This document shows, piece by piece, positions 15,357 through 28,680 of a stretch of 64,000 nt of DNA. This DNA comes from Octopus vulgaris. Its lineage: Eukaryota. Position numbers and translations under genes: made by a program. Positions within the stretch are counted from its first letter, which is position 1. Every line of letters begins with the position of its first letter. The notes beneath the pieces are model-generated. The model ran no database searches, was not told the origin of the DNA, and saw only the letters and a list, made by a program, of their open reading frames with translations. The stretch lies in contig OX597829.1 of the NCBI GenBank assembly GCA_951406725.2, positions 55,862,001 to 55,926,000 of the forward strand. Reading direction: 5' to 3'.

Positions 15357-15893
15357 GAGTGAGAGAGCAGTGCATGCCATCAAAGTGATACTGGGGTAAA
15401 ATATACGAAGCCCAGTATACCCATTATGACTACCCGTCTGATAAGGGTACACTAGGCACGTACATCACAGTCATGTGTGCACGACATGATTATCTCATAT
15501 GAAGATAAACAGCGCAGGTGGGGCCCAGTTAGAATTTTCTTCTGGTCGAATAGCCCATCCTGCTCAAAAGGTCCCTGAATAAGGGTTGTTTAAGGATGTT
15601 GAACGAAACACCCATGTTTCCAAAGGTGAACTATCCAAACCCCAAAGAATGCCTCACAGCACATGTTCCCCCACTAATTCTGCTCGTGATCAGAGATGCA
15701 CATATCGTCAGCCACCAAGGGACACGCTCAACTGGTTAAGGTCAAACAACTGACAAGCAAATCTGTGGTATTGAGCAGAATATTTGCTGTAGCCCATCTT
15801 TTATAGCAAGACAAAACAATGTACATGATAACACTTTCAATCAGTTAAGATCAGAAGCCACGAGAGCCACTGCCAGGTACTGCATCAGGGCAT
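15357..15893 (-). mobile_element. (AAT)n-associated element, copy 3 (apparently full length)
   Basis: Reverse complement of copies 1 and 2, extended 5' to atgccctgatgcagtacc; ATT tracts on both sides. Confidence 0.85.
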
Positions 15894-16696
15894 TTTATTA
15901 TTATTATTATTATGCCCTTCCCAATTTCTTTTAACTCTCTGCTTCAATAATTTCTCACGTAACTACTCAGTTTATTTAGCTCAGTTGTAAGTGATCCCAG
16001 CCTCTCTGATCTGCATCTTTATATTATCCCATTGTTCCTATCTTCCATTTTTAGTCTTATCATTATCTCGGGTATTTCTCCCGTTTCTTTATACACATTA
16101 TCACCCTATTCACGGCTCTATTCTAAGAAATATAGTAGTAAACTGCCACCCGTTTGAATTTTTTGCTTTTATTCCCAACTTCTTATCTATCCATCTATAG
16201 TACATAGATGATAAATTAGTTGGTTCCAGGCCTGTCATTGTTCAGTGACTCAGTAGACTGACAATAGATTTAACATTGTAGAACTAATAAGATAATCTCT
16301 CTCTGTAGCCTCCCGATCTCAGTGAGTTTCTTATAACGTACCAACCTGCTATTTATAGTTTGTCACTTTGTCTTCCTTACTCTTCCCTTCTTATTGTATT
16401 TGATTGGCTAATTATAGAATATATCATATACATATTTACCTGCATATGTACATACATATGTGTGCGTGCGTGTGTGTGTGTGCATGTATGTACATATTTA
16501 TACACACAGAAAGTTAATTTGTCGTTGGAGAACATTCTACGTTAGATGGAAAGGACAAAGGGTGAAATATATTAGTAATGTTTGAGGATAACCGTAATAG
16601 TATTGTAGTAATCTTTAAAAATAATGGATGACAATAAAAGTTTTAGCAAATTTTTTAAATCCTTCGCCAACTGCAGAAAGAAAAACGATATCAAAT

Positions 16697-17108
16697 ATTC
16701 TTTTCTACCCTAGGCACAAGGCCCGAATTTTTTTGGGGAGGGAGCCAGTCGATTAGAGGGGACAAACAAGGACAGACAATGGGATTCAGTCGATTACATC
16801 AGTACTTAATTTATCGATCCCGAAAGGATCAAAGGCAAAGTCCACCTCGGCGGAATTTGAACTAAGAACGTAACAGCAGACGAAATACCTATTTCTTTAC
16901 TATCCACAAGGGGCTAAACGCAGAGAGGACAAACAGATTAAGTCGATTACATCGACCCCTGTGCGTAACTGGTACTTATTTAGTCGACCCCGAAAGGAAG
17001 AAAGGCAAAGTTGACCTCGACGGAACTTGAACTCAGAACGTAGCGACAGACGAAATACCACTAAGCATTTCACCCGGCGTGCTAACGTTTCTGCCAGATC
17101 GCCGCCTT
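16697..17108 (-). mobile_element. tRNA-derived SINE family B with internally duplicated core
   Basis: Head ggcggcgatctggcagaaacgttagc...gagttcaagttcc; core gcctttcatcctttcggggtcgat present twice; same dimeric layout as 31133-31530. Confidence 0.8.
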
Positions 17109-17306
17109 GAACGATATCAAATACTGTATGACAAAAGACTTTTTATTAGAAAGAGTGTGCTTATTTGAATTGATCAAAATACCTGAAGTAAAACATTGCA
17201 AATATTTTTGGAAGCCCAAAATAAAAGTGAAGTATCTAATTCCGCCATTATTCTTACATTTAATATATTGCGCTTCAAAATCCGTAAATCACTCGACTTG
17301 TTGACC

Positions 17307-17619
17307 GTTTTGTTGTTGTTTGTTCCTTCTCGAGCCATGCCTGGCTCATAAGGGCCGGTTTCCCGGTTTCCTTGGCGTATAGGTTCCCCACCTGGACGCG
17401 ACGCCGGTCCGTCGCAGGTGAGCTGCAAGATGCAGGAGGAAAGAGTGAGAGAAAGTTGTGGCGAAAGTGGCAGCAGAAGTTTGCCATTACCTTCTGCCGG
17501 AGCCGCATGGGACTTAGGTGTTTCGCTAATAAACACACACATCGCCCGGTCTGAGATTCGAACCCGCGATCCTTCGACCGCGAGTCCGCTGTTCTAACCA
17601 CTAGGGCACATGTTTCCAC
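17307..17619 (-). mobile_element. tRNA-derived SINE family C (resembles octopus OR-type SINEs)
   Basis: Minus strand A box tagtggttag and B box gggttcgaatc, then a non-tRNA body and (AAC)n tail. Confidence 0.8.
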
Positions 17620-17929
17620 CTATTGACCGTTTAAGTATGTTTATATGGGAGTTTCTATATATGTTTGTATTGGAGTTTCTATATATACGTGTGATTAGCT
17701 ATTTCTACATTTTAAACTATTTATGAATAATTGTACTTTTTGTGGCTATTTTGCTGTGTCCTTCATTATTTCAGGGTCGATAAATTAAGTACCTGTTGAT
17801 CCTAGGGGAGGGGCGATGTAATTCACTAAGTTCCTCCTCCGAATTTCAAACCTTGTGTCTATATGAGGAGGAATTATTATAAGAAGGATTAAGAAGAGAA
17901 GGACGAGTTATAATAGTGGAGATGCTATG

Positions 17930-18065
17930 AGGAGGATGGAAGAAGAAGGAGAAGGAGAAGAAGGAGAAGAAGAAGAAGAAGGAGAAGAAGAAGAAGGAGA
18001 AGAAGAAGAAGGAGAAGAAGGAGAAGAAGAAGAAGAAGAAGAAGGAGAAGAAGAAGAATGAGGAG

Positions 18066-18098
<33 letters not shown>

Positions 18099-18170
18099 AA
18101 GAAGAAGAAGAAGAAGAAGAAGAAGAAGAAGAAGAAGAAGAAGAAGAAGGAGGAGGAGGAGAAGTAGTAG
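17930..18170. repeat. (GAA/GGA)n polypurine microsatellite
   Basis: Directly visible. Confidence 0.95.
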
Positions 18171-19167
18171 TATTGGTTCGATGAATAAAGTATGTGGCAG
18201 ATAATTAGGAGAAACAATATTCTTGGGAAAAGATGAATACTCTTAGACGTGCAATACCATCTGACATGCGGAATATACAGCGAGAGGACATAAAACAAAC
18301 TGCACACTCAGGCATACAATTTAGGGCATACATGGAGAATATAGATAGAAATTGAAAGGCGTATGATATATAATCTTCCCATGAATACTTATAGCTTGCT
18401 GTTAAACAATAGCAATCAATAAAATGTTTTGAAAGATAAAGCTTATTGAATCAAGGGAAATGGAGATCTGTTTTCATTTTAAGGAAAACAATAATAATTT
18501 TTTTTTTAAATATAATCTCGCAGAAAGGTAAACAGGCAATGTTATTAAATAGAAGATATTAAGGATACGAAAAGGAACAGCAGATAGATTATAACAATAG
18601 ATGAGTGGCAATACTTCAGATCGAGCAATCATTTACCAATTAATAACAATAACTACCTGTTCTACCGGTTTTACTTAACAAGTTAGGTTGTTCAATTTGA
18701 TAGACGGCTTATTTCACAATCCTTATGACCACTCTTCTGACATTAAAATGTTTTATTGATGTGTCTATTTTATGCATGTGTAAATGATCAATTCAGAGTA
18801 CATGTAGATAATTACGTGTGTTTTTACACGTGGGCTTCGTTTCCTTGTACCTAAACACAACGAAATGACATCATAAACGAATTCGTGAAAGCCTCACACA
18901 AGCTACACAAAGACAGAATATCATCTACATGTTTACACTGCATGCTAGAAATAGCAGCAAGTTTCTGTCACCTCTACCGTCTTGAAAAATAGTTTTTGGA
19001 TGCTATAGTCATCGTTACACTACCTGCTAAAGTATAAATTATCGCGGCTGAAAATACATCTAAGGTCCGTGTTTGTCCAGATCCGCATTAACAGACCTGG
19101 GATGGACAGTAACAACAGCAACACAAATACAAACGTAAACACACACACACACATCTTTATTTTTTTA

Positions 19168-20003
19168 ATCTTTTACTTGTTTCAGTCATTGGACTGTGGC
19201 CATGCTGGGGCACCACCTTGAAGGGTTTTACTTGGACAAATCAATCCCAGTATATCTTTTATCTTTTACTTGTTTCAGTCATTGAACTGTGGCCATGCTG
19301 GGGCACCACCTTGAAGGGTTTTATTTGAACAAATCAATCCCAGTATATCTTTATATTTTACTTGTTTCAGTCATTGGACTGTGGCCATGCTGGGGCACCA
19401 CCTTGAAGGGTTTTACTTGAACAAATCAATCCCAGTATATCTTTTATCTTTTACTTGTTTCAGTCATTGGACTGTGGCCATGCTGGGGCACCACCTTGAA
19501 GGGTTTTAGTTGAACAAATCAATCCCAGTATATCTTTTATCTTTTACTTGTTTCAGTCATTGGACTGTGGCCATGCTGGGGCACCACCTTGAAGGGTTTT
19601 AGTTGAACAAATCAATCCCAGTATATCTTTTATCTTTTACTTGTTTCAGTCAGTGGACTGTGGCCATGCTGGGGCACCACCTTGAAGGGTTTTAGCTGAA
19701 CAAATCAATCCCAGTATATCTTTTATCTTTTACTTGTTTCAGTCATTGGACTGTGGCCATGCTGGGGCACCACCTTGAAGGGTTTTACTTGAACAAATCA
19801 ATCCCAGTATATCTTTTATCTTTTACTTGTTTCAGTCATTGGACTGTGGCCATGCTGGAGCACCACCTTGAAGGGTTTTAGCTGAACAAATCAATCACAG
19901 TATATCTTTTATCTTTTACTTGTTTCAGTCATTGGACTGTGGCCATGCTGGGGCACCACCTTGAAGGGTTTTAGCTGAACAAATCAATCCCAATATCTTT
20001 CAT
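19168..20003 (-). repeat. 93-bp minisatellite, 9 units, derived from the 3' end of SINE family A
   Basis: Unit starts at 19168, 19261, 19353, 19446, 19539, 19632, 19725, 19818, 19911; unit matches the reverse complement of the SINE tail at ~8590-8665. Confidence 0.9.
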
Positions 20004-20190
20004 CCTTTACTTATTTACTGGAGTACCGTCTTGATGAATTTTTAGTCGAATGTATCGACCCAGTACTTAGTTTTTTTGGGTAAGCCTGTTACTTATTCTA
20101 TCGGTCTCTTTTACCGAACTACTAAGTTACGGGATGTAAACACACCAGCACCGGTTGTCGAGCAGTAATGCAGTAGCGGGGACAAACACC
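20004..20190 (-). mobile_element. SINE family A 3' half adjoining the minisatellite
   Basis: tacttattctatcggtctc...taaacacaccagcaccggttgtc matches 8480-8570 in reverse. Confidence 0.75.
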
Positions 20191-20289
20191 CACGCATAGA
20201 CACACACTCACATATACATACATATATATATGTGTGTGTGTATTGTGTATGTGTGCGTACGTGTGTCTGTCTGTGTCTGTGTGTATGTG

Positions 20290-20364
<75 letters not shown>

Positions 20365-20440
20365 CATTTATTTGTTCCCGTCTGGATTACGAAAAGCTTT
20401 GCACATTTTTGTTGATCGTAATTATTTATTGTAGTACATA

Positions 20441-20529
20441 ATTCCTGATGAGGAATCTAATATTTACTTCCTGAAGAGCTCTTCGTCTTTGTCTTTGGAA
20501 TTAACAAGATCCGAAACAATTTGTAGAAT
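20441..20529 (+). ncRNA. Type I hammerhead ribozyme with extended stem II
   Basis: attc-CTGATGA-ggaatct...agatcc-GAAAC-aattt-GTA-gaat; inside a ~250-bp island (20363-20613) bracketed by (TA)n. Confidence 0.7.
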
Positions 20530-20630
20530 GTATATTGGTTCTGCAACAACTCGGATTTGAATTGAATTAAAGTTCGTCTACAGTCGAAATTTTGTTTTCC
20601 TTTATATTTCACTTTATATATATATATATA

Positions 20631-20797
20631 GGCGCAGTCGTGACTCTGTGGTAAGCAGCTTGCTAACCAACCACACAGTTTTGGATTCAGTGTCACTGCA
20701 TGGTACCCTGGGCATGTGTTTTCTATCATTGCCTCGGGCCAACCAAAGACTTATAAGTGAATTTGCTGAACGGAAACTGGAAGAAGCTAGTCGTGTA
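20631..20797 (+). mobile_element. SINE family A 5' half
   Basis: Matches 8261-8420. Confidence 0.75.
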
Positions 20798-20878
20798 TGC
20801 ATGTATAACAGGAGAATTTAGGTAAATAAATCCATCGAAGAGACGGTCAGTAGCGACGTGCCTGCTGGGTTCGGCTGC

Positions 20879-20921
20879 TCTGCATTTATAAGGGGCAAAT
20901 ACCCTGAAACTAGTCTGCAGA
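20879..20921 (+). ncRNA. Decayed hammerhead ribozyme in a GC-rich structured island
   Basis: tctgca-[tttataa]-ggggcaaataccct-GAAAC-ta-GTC-tgcaga: perfect 6-bp stem I and palindromic actagt stem III, but 3 substitutions in CUGAUGA. Confidence 0.55.
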
Positions 20922-21089
20922 TGCCTGACCAGCAAGGGGAAGCGGATGACCTCCCCTGTTCGAAGGTTATAATGGACACAGGTTCGTGCGTCACATAGCT
21001 AGTTAGAGGCGATGGCATCTTGGCGCTAATCAGCGGCAGCTTTAGTCCTATATTTATGGACTGCCATATTAACTTGGCGATAACTATTA

Positions 21090-21143
<54 letters not shown>

Positions 21144-21182
21144 CTCTCGGATGTGTATGTATATATACATATACATACATAC

Positions 21183-21232
<50 letters not shown>

Positions 21233-21233
<1 letters not shown>

Positions 21234-21564
21234 GGAGATCCCCCTTCGGTCATGAACGACCATGGGATTACACCTAGCAAGGTACCTTTGGAGGCACAAG
21301 TCCGGGCAAGGTTGTTTTATGGAAGTTAAGCATGCCATACCAGCCTCCCCTCTCCACGATACCAACGTTATCCAAGGGAAAGGCAAAGGGCAATAAAGCT
21401 TGGCACCAATGACGTCACAACTCATTTCTACAGCTGGGTTAACTGGAGCAACGTGAAATAAAGTGTCTTGCTCAAGAACACAACACGCAGCCCGGTCCGG
21501 GATTTGAACTCACAACCTCACGATGGTAAACTCAACGCACTAACCACTCAGCCATGCGCCTTCA
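21233..21564 (-). mobile_element. tRNA-derived SINE family D
   Basis: Head tgaaggcgcatggctgagtggttag...gagttcaaatccc; body ttcttgagcaagacactttatttcacgttgctccag shared with 29488-29812 and ~3988-4100. Confidence 0.8.
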
Positions 21565-21684
<120 letters not shown>

Positions 21685-21727
21685 AAGGCGCATGGCTGAG
21701 TGGTTAGTGCGTCGAGTTTACCATCGT

Positions 21728-22164
<437 letters not shown>

Positions 22165-22526
22165 TACACCCATACGCTCACACACACTTAGACACATACT
22201 CGTACACATAATATTTTTCATATTTCTTTACAATTATAGACATTTTGTGAATCTAGAGTTACTAGATGTTTCGAAATGTTCAAACAGGTGTAACAAGTAT
22301 CGTTAGACATTGCCAACAACTTGGGCACTTATGCATTTTCTATTAAGTAACGTCGTTGACGGCGTTTACCCTATGTTTCTCGATAGTTGTTCGACCTCTT
22401 CGACCATGAAACTTATGATAGCAATGGATTGACAAATATGTTTGTGAGGCGTGCGTGCGTCAATGTTCTCTCTCTCTCCCATGCTCCACAATATAGACAG
22501 ACAGACAAATAGATAGATAGACCGAC

Positions 22527-22587
<61 letters not shown>

Positions 22588-24824
22588 TGAAGAGATATGC
22601 AAATGTATATAATAATATAATATAGCACACACATACACACACTCACACACTTACGCATATGTTTATAGTATTTGATATATTTCTGGTGGATTTGTTACGA
22701 CTATGGTTGCCATCACTTTTGCTTTGAGTGCAGTCATTGAGAAATAGGTGCTGGTGAAGCTGTAACTCAGTCATTCTACGATTTGCAGAGTGTTGTATAA
22801 ATACTGACTATAAAAGCAGAAGGGGAGTACGTAGTTCTCGCTATTAAAGCACGAAAACTTGATGACAAAAAATGTCATAAAAGCCTCTCAATCTGAATAA
22901 TTCCTCTTTTAATTAGTGCAATTTGAAGCCCAAATAATTTTACAAGATATAAAATGAGAATAATAAAAGAAACCTTCATACTCGTCAACATTGATAGTGA
23001 AGTCTTTGTGAAACACAAATGCATGCTTTCTACGACAAAAACAAAAAATAAAGAAAAAAATTACGATATAGAAGCAACAGAAAATTTATTAGTTGATAGA
23101 TTGAAATAGAAAACAAACAGCGTAATGATGAGTAAATTAACGACTTTATCTTAAGAATAAGTTTGCGAACAGCATTTCGTAAGTTGAATGAATCAAAAAT
23201 CCGAGCAAGAGTCAATGAAACTGAATTTTCGTACCCGGATTACAATCTGTGGATATAAAAGCGAAGGTATTGGATTATGTTGGTAATCATCCATTTATGA
23301 TGAATTAATATCATTAGTAACAACAGCATGCGCTGAAACGCCATTTGCTAAATTGAAAGCAAGAATCGATGGAAAAGATTTCTGTTAGCAAGAATTATTC
23401 GAACAATAACAAAACCTCGGTTAAGCAATATCAATCACTGCAATTGTAAATGCACATGTTTATCAACTACCATAGCTGTGATCGAATACTTAATCAGGAA
23501 GTCCGGTATTCAAATTAAGGCATTATAAGTATGAAACGCTAGGTCACGTTTTTAATTGTTTGCTAGTCAGTACCTACATCATGTATCAATGAAGCTTTAT
23601 ATGAATTTGTAATGTTTCCATACTAAATTGAACGATATTCCAGTTCGAATGATCATAAGTTGAGGCGCGTTTTGTTCAGTCCTTCCGTATTCTTTTATTG
23701 ATAACATCCCTTCGACATTAATTCATCACTTGAACACACTAACAATTTACGACGTTTTGATATTTAAGGTGAAAGGAACAGTAGAATGAGGTTATGAAGC
23801 AGAAATTTGGTTTCACAGATTCTCCATATAGAAGACTTAATAAGTTTATTGGAATTACATATTATATATTACATTATATTAACAGTTATCTGCCCATTGT
23901 GAAAGGTTAGCTTAGCGTTACATTTAAAGCGTCAGAGTAGGAAATATTCCTCTTCACAAACTACCTTTACCAGTGAGATTTAAACGAGAATTAAACAAGG
24001 TCAAGAATCTTGGTGTAATATTGCTATGCGCTTCCGTTGTCCGAAGGAGCACAACGGAAATGTACTATCAATGCATCGGGAGCTTATGTATAGGTTCATA
24101 CATGTGTGTGTGTAGGTGTGTGTGTGTATAGGTGTGTGTAGGTGTAGGTGAGTGATTAAGAAGTTTGCCTCCCAACTACGTAGATAGTTTGAGTTCATTC
24201 CCACTGCGTGGAACCTTGAGCAAGTGTCTCTTAGCATCAAGCCGACCAAAGCTTCGTGATTGGATTTATACTTAAAAAAATAAATAAATTACCCCCCAAA
24301 AGATGAGGTGACAACTGACAGTGTTGTAATAGATAATGCTCAATCATGTGTTAACCATGACACAGTGACAGATCGCATTAAAGATGTTACTAAACCAGCA
24401 ATTACCAAAGTTTTCAGGAGTACCATTTTTGTATAGGAATCCAGAAACCTTTACATTGTAACGAGAAATAATGAAGTTTCTTTGGTGAACTTGTTCATAC
24501 AATAGCTGTCATCGTGTTTAATTTCAGTTTGGTAATTACAAGTGATGAGTATTGATAAAATAATAAGCTACTCTAGCTTTCTATAAATTGCAAAGAGTTC
24601 TGTGAGAATTGATTAAGAAGGCAGAAAGTGACATATGCTGTCTTTTCATTTGTCCTTTTAAAACGGCTTTGTTACTACTACTATTGCAGGAGTCACCCTG
24701 GCACAGAAATAAGTTTCATTTGAAACACTTTTCAAACAGAATTTAAAATATTTACGATTGTGTTTTGAATAAAAAACAGACAGCCTTTTTAAAAGGCTCG
24801 TCTTATGTTACGTGACATAAAACG

Positions 24825-24900
<76 letters not shown>

Positions 24901-24901
<1 letters not shown>

Positions 24902-25087
24902 TATTAATAATGATAAGGAGAACGGAGATTTTTCACATGCATAATTGTATTTAACATTTATTTACAGCATCTGTACGGGACCCACACGTGCTTCAACTGC
25001 AGCGACTGCACACATGTAGTTCCCGTAAAGATGGCGTTAAATAAAACTATGAATGTGAAAAACCTCCGTTCTCACTATTATTGATAC
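24901..25087. repeat. Imperfect fold-back element adjoining (TA)n
   Basis: gtattaataat...gagaacggagatttttcacat pairs with atgtgaaaaacctccgttctc...attattgatac; inner catctgtacggga pairs with tcccgtaaagatg. Confidence 0.75.
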
Positions 25088-25224
25088 TATTACTAACTCT
25101 ACGGAAAATATGCAGTTCTGAGTAGGACACTCGGACTCACCTGCCGAAAAGAGTTATATGGATACCTAGAACTTATTGGGTACCACATAAGGACCGTTGT
25201 GCTTATGTGTATGTGTTTATGTAC

Positions 25225-25255
<31 letters not shown>

Positions 25256-25581
25256 TGCGTGCGTGTATGTGTGCAGAAAAACTTGTAACATCCCCGCATC
25301 GTGTTTGACAGGGGATTCGATCTGACATTGTGTTGAGAGTAAAGAATTTGCATCGTTGTTCAGTCATTAGAAAACACACAGAGAAATATATTTACTTTTC
25401 ATTTTGTATTACCTTAAATAAATAATATAGTTGCAGCGAAATAATATAATGGGGAATATGTCTTTGAAAGTGTGTTTATAATGCCGACATTAAATCTACA
25501 ACCAACAAATTATGAAATTATATATTTATAGACACATACATATATACATACAAACATACATTCATATACATTTATATATAT

Positions 25582-25615
<34 letters not shown>

Positions 25616-25641
25616 AATGTATATGAATGTATATATGTATT

Positions 25642-25698
<57 letters not shown>

Positions 25699-26644
25699 AA
25701 ATATATATGTATGTATAAATCTATATGCATGTATGTATGTATGTATATATGCATGTATAATGAAATCTTGGTCACTATTCGAATTTCATGATCTCTAATG
25801 TTTCATAGCATGGATACTTCTTTCGTATTCATGAAAATCTCAGTTTACAAAAGCATTGATATACTCTACATCAAGTATAGAGTACCATACTACTGTTACA
25901 TTTACAAACGGTAACATTTGTATTATACATGCATTTATATTTGTGCAAGTGTGTGTGTGTGTGTATGCGTGTGTGTTGTACTTGTTAGTTATATCTCACA
26001 ATGTCGTTGTGGAAAGAGAAGGAAGAAGCAGAAGAAATCAATTAAAGAGACACATAAAGTTGGTCTTAAATGTAAGTGGAGTGACTACTGAAGCTGATAT
26101 TCTTGAAAGAGAAATTATGCAAAAGAGATGGACATTATATTTGGATATTTGCATAACGCTGATATGGGAAACAGCTAAACAGAGATGGGGGGAGGTAACT
26201 AGATCTCGTTGGAAAGTTAGAGTTTTAAAGATGTTTATACGATTTATTCGGTATAATTCAAAACAACGCAGCCGACGAGATGCAAAATTAAAAAATGTGA
26301 ATTTTAATATAAGGATGCACAAAATTAAACTAGTAAAAAGAAGCGAAAGGAAAACTAAAATACATTTACATATTTAAAATAATCACATGTTGAACATGCT
26401 TATCTCAGCACTTTCTTTTATAATATCAGTCAAACATAGTTTCATTTTCACCGCCCACATATAGCTATTTATATATACACAACTATATAATTACATATAA
26501 AGCGAAGGATGAATTTATAATAAACACGTAATGTCAATATTTTGCGTGAGCTCAAATATTTAGCTTAAAGTGTTTACAATAAGTAGGAATAGTGTAGCTC
26601 ATAATGCAATGATAGATACTAATAACTGCATGTTTTACTCAGTA

Positions 26645-26715
<71 letters not shown>

Positions 26716-28176
26716 TGATGATGATGATGATGATGTATTATGTGTGTGAGCAAAAGAGTACAGCAGGAGTTATACTAGAGCCTTAGAATGTAGCTAAATG
26801 CTTAAATTGGTTAAAAGTTGTATACAAGTAAAGCAAAATACATTTCCTACAAGGATAATTGTTGAAAATATTTATGTCATATGGAGCTAGATGCAATATT
26901 TTTTTCCAAATGTTTTTTAAGGGTGGATACCTTTGAAAAGAAAATTTCGTATTTTTCGGATGTACACAGTGTACGAGATTTTCTTTTACATATATGATTT
27001 AGCATTATATTGTATTTTCCATTTTAAATTGTATGAGTTACTGATTTTTTAAAATCATGTAGGAAAGTAAAGATGACTCGTTACATTGCTTCTAGAGTAC
27101 TTTCAAAGTGGAATTATGAACTGAGTGAAAAGAAACATTAAAGAATTAATCATACTCTGTAGTACAGTTTTAGGTTTGTGTAACACACTAGTGCAAATTT
27201 AGGAGTGGTAGAATGAGATTAGTTGTGTTTTATTAGTTCTATTTTTATGAGTGACGCTACTAGCAATTTCATGAGAAAATATATCTGTTCTTTAAACCCA
27301 CTTCTAAGAAAACCATTTTGATATTTAGAACGATCATTTAAAATACTGTTGTTTACAGAGATTTGGTAATCTAACTGCAATATGCTTTACTAAATTTATT
27401 TTACAATATTCCCGGGTTGTTACATTGCGTTTGGTCTTAGCTTCAATGAATTTAAGATACGAATGAACTTGCGATACGCCATGATTTATAGATAAATCTA
27501 AGTAGATTTTTTTTTTTTACCTAAAGTAATTAGTAGTTCAAAGTAGTTGAAGAAGTATAGTGAATTTAGGTTATTATTAATAAAACACAAAAGGCCATCA
27601 TCTCTATTAATGCCACTCGTAGCAAGAGTGAGTTTGGTTAGTAAATTGGATACTAAAAACAAGGTCACTAATTTCAGAGGAGACGTAAGTCATATATTTA
27701 AAACTGAAAGTCGTATTAAAATGAATCTTTTTCATTTTCGCAATCATAGATGTCGTTGTCAACACCATCGTCGTTGTCATCATCACCGACTATATCATGA
27801 TGATCATCATCATCAGCACCATCTCCTCCTCCTCCTCCTCCTCCTTCTTCTTCTTCTTCTTCTTCTTCTTCTTCTTCTTCTTCTTCTTCTTCTTCTTCTT
27901 CTTCTTCTTCTTCTTCTTCTTCTTCTTGGTTTCATAATCATTATCATTTTACATAAGAATATTTCGCCATCTTCAAAATTTCACTTCCCAAGAGATCATA
28001 AATTTCGAAGTTATTATTCAAATTTCAAAATGCCTATTAAAATTTAAAGTATGTGGTTTTTACCGCGTTGAATCCTTTAGTTTAGTTTCGAATGTATTTT
28101 CATTGTGATTATGACAACCTTTATTTCCCTTGTTCAACTATGTGTCCGTGTGTTTGTATCTCTCTCTCTCCCCCCC

Positions 28177-28220
<44 letters not shown>

Positions 28221-28339
28221 GCGTATGGCTATCTATGTACATCTCTTACTATCTGTATAAATATATACAAAGATACACATATATATATATATACATATAT
28301 ACAAAGATACACACATATATGTATATATACATGCATATA

Positions 28340-28392
<53 letters not shown>

Positions 28393-28408
28393 GAGAGAGA
28401 GAGATATG

Positions 28409-28680
28409 TATGACGTCTGATCAAATAAGTATCCGGATTTTTGTTATAGTAGCGACGCTAAAGCACGCACGGTGAAACCGTTCGACAAGAATTGACCTTG
28501 AACTCTGCTGTGCAAGCGCACTAAGATTTAATGTTGTATCAGGTCAACCTATAAGTTCTGTTCGATTTTATCGTCTTTAAAGTTGAATGAAATTTAATAG
28601 TATTTTAGAATGTTTTCAGCGAACACATCGAGCAGAATTATTGCATGGAGCCTTGCCAACAGCCTGATTATACTCAATCT
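28409..28680 (+). mobile_element. mariner-type transposon left-end relic
   Basis: TIR-like tatgacgtctgatcaaataagtatccgga, then decayed transposase N-terminus (EHIEQNYCM, cf. EQRxCIKFC). Confidence 0.5.

Noticed and set aside
17545-17619. tRNA gene
   Set aside because: tRNA-like boxes run into a SINE body and tail; no proper acceptor stem
19168-20003. CRISPR-like array
   Set aside because: Whole 93-bp units repeat with no unique spacers; derived from a SINE; eukaryotic context without cas genes
25856-26377. 173-aa ORF
   Set aside because: Non-ATG start, spans a TG repeat, no recognisable domain; at most decayed LINE sequence
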